Notes under the pieces: model-generated
Told to the model about the DNA's origin: nothing
The model's input: only the letters and a program-made list of their open reading frames with translations
Databases searched by the model: none
Shown: in pieces, positions 59,236 through 64,000 of the stretch
Position numbering within the stretch: position 1 is the first letter of the stretch
Layout of the letters: each line of letters starts with the position of its first letter
NCBI RefSeq assembly: GCF_000150275.1
Contig: NW_002060949.1
Span: forward strand, 2,601,836-2,665,835
Origin: Trichoplax adhaerens
Lineage: Eukaryota > Animalia > Placozoa
DNA length: 64,000 bases
Reading direction: 5' to 3'
Made by a program: the position numbers and the translations under genes

Positions 59236-59836
59236 GGTAGGCTGGAACCTCTGCCGTAAATCAACCCAGTGGAATCAGCAGTCTAGACCCATAGTGTGTC
59301 CAGTAATAACTTGAATACATGGTATTGGTTACTCTTCAGTTGTTGGTCAGTTCTTACATGTCTTTATTTGGGATAGTGACTTAACTGAGCTATATCATAC
59401 TATTATTAACATTCGTATTAAGTTATCAGCATTGTTATGAATACGATTTTTGTATATAAGTCAGACTTTACTGCTAATGGTTATTATAGTGTACAAAAGC
59501 TGAATAAATAAAATATATTAATGACTAAAAGATTTTCATATGCTGGATTTTATTATTATTGCTTTGTTCGCTAAGATTTTATATAGTTCAAATAGTGTAC
59601 ACTGTACACAAAAAGAAAGCAATATACGGCTGACTTAATATAAGCACTTCATGATCTGATGTGACTAGTTATTATTATGGAACATATTTATGTGAAGATA
59701 ATAAGTGCCCCATTAAGCGTGAAGTACTTAGAGCATGTCGATAATTACCAGTGCAAGCTGTTATTAGGTCAGTTGTAGAAACTGTCTAAACTTTCTACTT
59801 GCCCGGAGTACTTTACCCACAATAGGCAAGGATTAT

Positions 59837-62443
59837 TTAGAGTAAGATTTTAAATTTTTCCGTGCGAGGTACCCTGTTAATAACTAATCTTCCATCATAA
59901 GATAAAGAGGCAAATACCCAAGGATCTGAACATGACCAACATGACGCATATACACTATCTTCGTGTTCCTCATATGTTGCAATAATTCCATCTTTCGGTG
60001 GTTCTTCCTCCCTTTAGAATATTAAAAGCACAATTTATCAACTGTAGAATCACTAAGCAACTTACAGAAAGATAAAGAGATAATTTTACTAACAATACTG
60101 GCTTAACGTACTTATTTGAAGTTGATTCTTCGTCATCAATATCTTCGTACTGACCGAATGGCTCCGACGATAAAGATATTATGTTAAATAACATTACACG
60201 ACTATCACTGCTTGACGATAGAACTAGTTGATCGTGGAAATGGTTGTAGGAGACCGACCAAACCCTGTATGATAAATTTCGTATTTGACAATGGAAAGAT
60301 GCAGTATTCTATATCAACTGCTGATTAATCGTAAATTCAATCACATGTAAGAGTAAATAATGTACAATACTATATGTTACTCACCAATGAGAATGATTGG
60401 TTAGTTTAAGTAGAGGTTCCGTACTATTTCTGACATCCCAAAACTTAACTTGGCAATCATCTCCACATGATACTACATAGTAAGGTTTGTTGGGATTAAA
60501 ATCTAGGTCCCGCACAAGTATTCCATGAGCATTTTCAATAGTATATGCTGGCCTAGATTTGGAATTATCACAATAAATATATTAATAAGATGAGTGAAAC
60601 CGTAAATTATTGGAAAACATAAGGGCATTCCAATGTAGTAATAGCAGTAAAATATGAATGCATAAATTGTTAAGGCCAGTGCTGTATTACTTCATTGCTC
60701 TAAGATCCCAGGCCTTTATATTGGTATCGTAGGCACCAGCAACTTGAGTGCCGTTGTGGTGAGGATTCCAGGCAGCTGACGAAAAGCTTAAGTGACTCTT
60801 TTCACCTAAATCTATAACGTTTAAAACCTATCCAAACGGAATCATGAAGTAACAGGATTGTCAAAAACTATTGATTATAATTAGAGCCCCTATTAAATTT
60901 CGTCGTTTATACATCGAATCTGACCTTGGCAGAAGCGCTGGTGGCTACTTGAAAATCCCATATTTGTAAGTGCTGATCATGTACGCTCATGAGAGTAGAT
61001 TTATCTTCGTTAGGATGCCACAAAACACTGTCAAGAGATCGCAATAGAGGAGTAATGGACGTAATAAGAAAGCATTTATAATGCATAATTATACTCTAGT
61101 CTCTACAGTAAATTTCGAAAACCTTTTTTCGATTTTACAACGAGACCTAGTTACGATGTATATGTGCATAATTAAATGTCGCTATCATTAATGTAAATAC
61201 AGTATTGGAATTTACCTTTTCATATTTTCAATATCACTACTTAGGTGAAATTTAGGAACGAGAGGTGGAAAACTCATACCGGCAGTACTATGACGGGTAT
61301 TGGTAGGACCTCCTAAATCTGAATCCATCGAATATTGAGCAGTGTGGCTAGATGGAGTTTGGGGTTGTACAGGTGACGTCGGTACTTCATCATCAGTTGG
61401 TATTTTCCATGCCGTAGCATGCCTATTAGTTTTGCTACCATTAACTGTCAGACAAAGCAATAAAGAAATATTTTATTACACATAGAAATGTTTTAGTCCC
61501 AATGATTTCTAAACGTCTTTGATAGCAGCATTATTCAGTAAATATTTCTAAGAGAACTCACGTCTGTCATAACAAGTTAGTAAAATTTCTTTATCTAGAG
61601 GGCAAGAGCTAATATGCCTAAGCAAACGTAATAACACGTTATAAGAGACTCTGGAATTCACAAAGCTTAGGTTAATTAATATCACGGTATATTATCCTTT
61701 AGTACGCTGCAATTTTGTACTTGCGTCGATGTAAGCATTTGCAAATTGTCACTGCATGATGCTTGGGGTATAATAGTTTTATGCTTTCAATTTATAAATA
61801 CTGTAATGCTGTATTATACGTTTGGATACGAGTATATGTATGTTTAATCTTACCATACTTCCCCAATCGGATGAAGATAGACATTACTATTTATAACGTT
61901 ATTTTCCTCATCGAATTCTATTAAATGGACCTTTCACAAATATTAAAATAAAAAAATGATTAACGATAAGTAATCAAAACGTATCCAATAAACTTTTACA
62001 TCTTTTAACTACAGGGTGGACTGCATTATATTACAGTATATCCTTTCTTGTCTTTAAAGTCAGGAATTCATAAACGATATGGCAATAGCAATTACCTGAT
62101 TATCATTTTTAAACGATTGTGTTCCTACTAGAAATTGAATATGATCAATATCACCTACTACAGCACACAAGGCCCGCGCCTGTAAATAAAACAACAAGAA
62201 CGTTAACATATTCACCTTGATATTCAAATTATTTACAGTAACATGACCATTTGCATCTTCTCCATACGAGTATACCACGTATTTATTTTATTTATCTATA
62301 AAGCTGTACTGACTATTTAATATAGTTCAACAGTGAAGAGATGAACATGCCAACATAGATCAATATTTAGTCTTTAAAACGTTAAAGTGCTGCTATCATA
62401 CCTGAAATTCTAAGCCATAAATTACTGCGGAATCGTCGTCCAT
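59837..62443 (-). CDS. EIPR1: EARP-interacting protein 1 / TSSC1 (WD40)
   Basis: [51 protein letters not shown]...; [21 protein letters not shown]; [44 protein letters not shown]. Collinear with EIPR1. Confidence 0.95.
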
Positions 62444-62452
62444 ATTGGTCTA

Positions 62453-62725
62453 TACTGTACCGTACACTATATAGTATACACTCACTATACTGTACAGTAC
62501 AATAATGATGTACGTGAAGTAGCATTCTCTTTAACGCATGCGTAAAGATTGACATTTCGCCAGCCGACAACACTATGTGCATAAAGGGCAAGGACACGTC
62601 CGGTGTCGTACAGTCTGTACCGAGTGTGCAATACTCTTACTGTAGTCTACCATAGAACAGTACAGTACTGTAGTGTACTGTATGTGTCACACAAGTCACA
62701 CTAACTTTGAGATACTGTATACAGT
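62453..62725. promoter_or_regulatory. EIPR1 promoter ACAGT island
   Basis: TACTGTAC/TACAGTA tracts immediately upstream of ATG 62443, ACGCATGCGT at about 62534, and GTCACAC at 62686 and 62695. Confidence 0.6.
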
Positions 62726-64000
62726 AATACTCAAAGATTTGAAGTCAATCTAAATCTGCTTCCGAATTTTATAAATAAATTAAATCAAATAACCCCACAA
62801 ATACTCCGACAGAGTTCATCAAGATTAACAAGAACTTGTAAAAGTAGTCCTACTGTATTGCCATCGCTCTGTGAGGATTCAACAAGTTACTTCTCCGGTG
62901 CAGAATCAGCCTCAGATTCAGGGCAATGGGGGGGGGGGCATCGTCATTCGATCAGAGTGGAATGCAATTTTGACTGATTTTGTTTCACAGCGACTATTGG
63001 GAAGCTAGTAATCATTATATCATTGTCGCACTAATTTCAAGCATCAATCAATAATACAGTAGATCTGATATCAAGTTCTACGCGCATAGTAGCAACGTGG
63101 TAATTTGTTACTGTAAATTTTCAATTACATCCTAATTCCAGTATCAATAAACGAATATGCTTACGTAAATATAGAGGCTAAAGGAAGTACGCGTAGCTGT
63201 CCTTCATGAAATCAATCTTTATGATAGTAGGCTTGTCGAGAGTATTAATTATGTAGCTCTAAGGTTACTAACGCAGTAAAATTATAATTTGAATTACGTA
63301 ACTCCTTACTTGAACATGACTATTCTAGAAAGTACTGCTGATATACATTTACTCTGCTTTCATAATTTTTCCGTGACATCAAATATGCAGGATATCAAGC
63401 GCTATTCTATTGCTACGAATTGAGTAGTTTTGATGATATTACAGTTAGAACCAAACACAAATAGGGACTAAACAATCTAAACCCAGTTACAGAGCGCAAA
63501 GTAGTAGATAATCCATATATGTAGAATTAACAATCTACTTTTAAAGTACATTACATATTGTAATTTAGTATTGCCATAGATATAAAGAAAACTTGTCAGA
63601 GCAACGAGCACTTATTATCTCATTTAGGATAATTTGTCAGCGTACAGCATGAATCAGGACAAATATTCTGTAATACCTAGTTGTGGCGTAGATACATGGA
63701 ATATCAATTTTAATTAGTTTACTAAGCGGCTTGGCAGTTCATACAGTACATATATAACTTGCAGTATATTTAAAATTAACACATGCCTCTGCAACTTATG
63801 CATAACTTTAGTTTTTGCTACATTGGTATATTCTAGAAGAACCCTTATACGTTACATTACATATGACCACTTGGGCAAAATGATATCGGTAAGTTTGACA
63901 CGATACCTGCTCGCAAATATTAACATTATTTCCGTTTATGTCGTTGTCAAAGATGTACAACATTACTTTTTGACTTTAATTCAATTGCTTTTATGCCTCT

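Overview
AT-rich, intron-dense eukaryotic (animal) genomic DNA. The compact gene packing, very short GT-AG introns and abundant (ACAGT)n/TACTGTACAGTA tracts point to a placozoan such as Trichoplax (inference, not verified). I spliced the exons by eye into 11 protein-coding genes and one degenerate EGF-repeat fragment: OTOF (-, 5' part only), RSPH10B (+), EGF fragment (+), peroxidasin (-), NDUFS5 (-), HADHA (+), ANKRD29 (+), TMEM65 (-), an unrecognised gene with a degenerate calmodulin-like EF-hand pair (+), HINT3 (-), TFIIS/TCEA (+) and EIPR1/TSSC1 (-). Four gene pairs are head-to-head, and each shared promoter carries an ACAGT/palindrome island. Other points of note: a U12-type intron in TFIIS, an 80/69-bp minisatellite in the TMEM65 leader, a one-Ig peroxidasin with no vWC domain, a plant/fungal-style NDUFS5, and gene content matching one vertebrate paralogon set. 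I found no prokaryote-type system, CRISPR array, rRNA, tRNA or autonomous transposon. Gene spans include introns, and exon boundaries are manual predictions.
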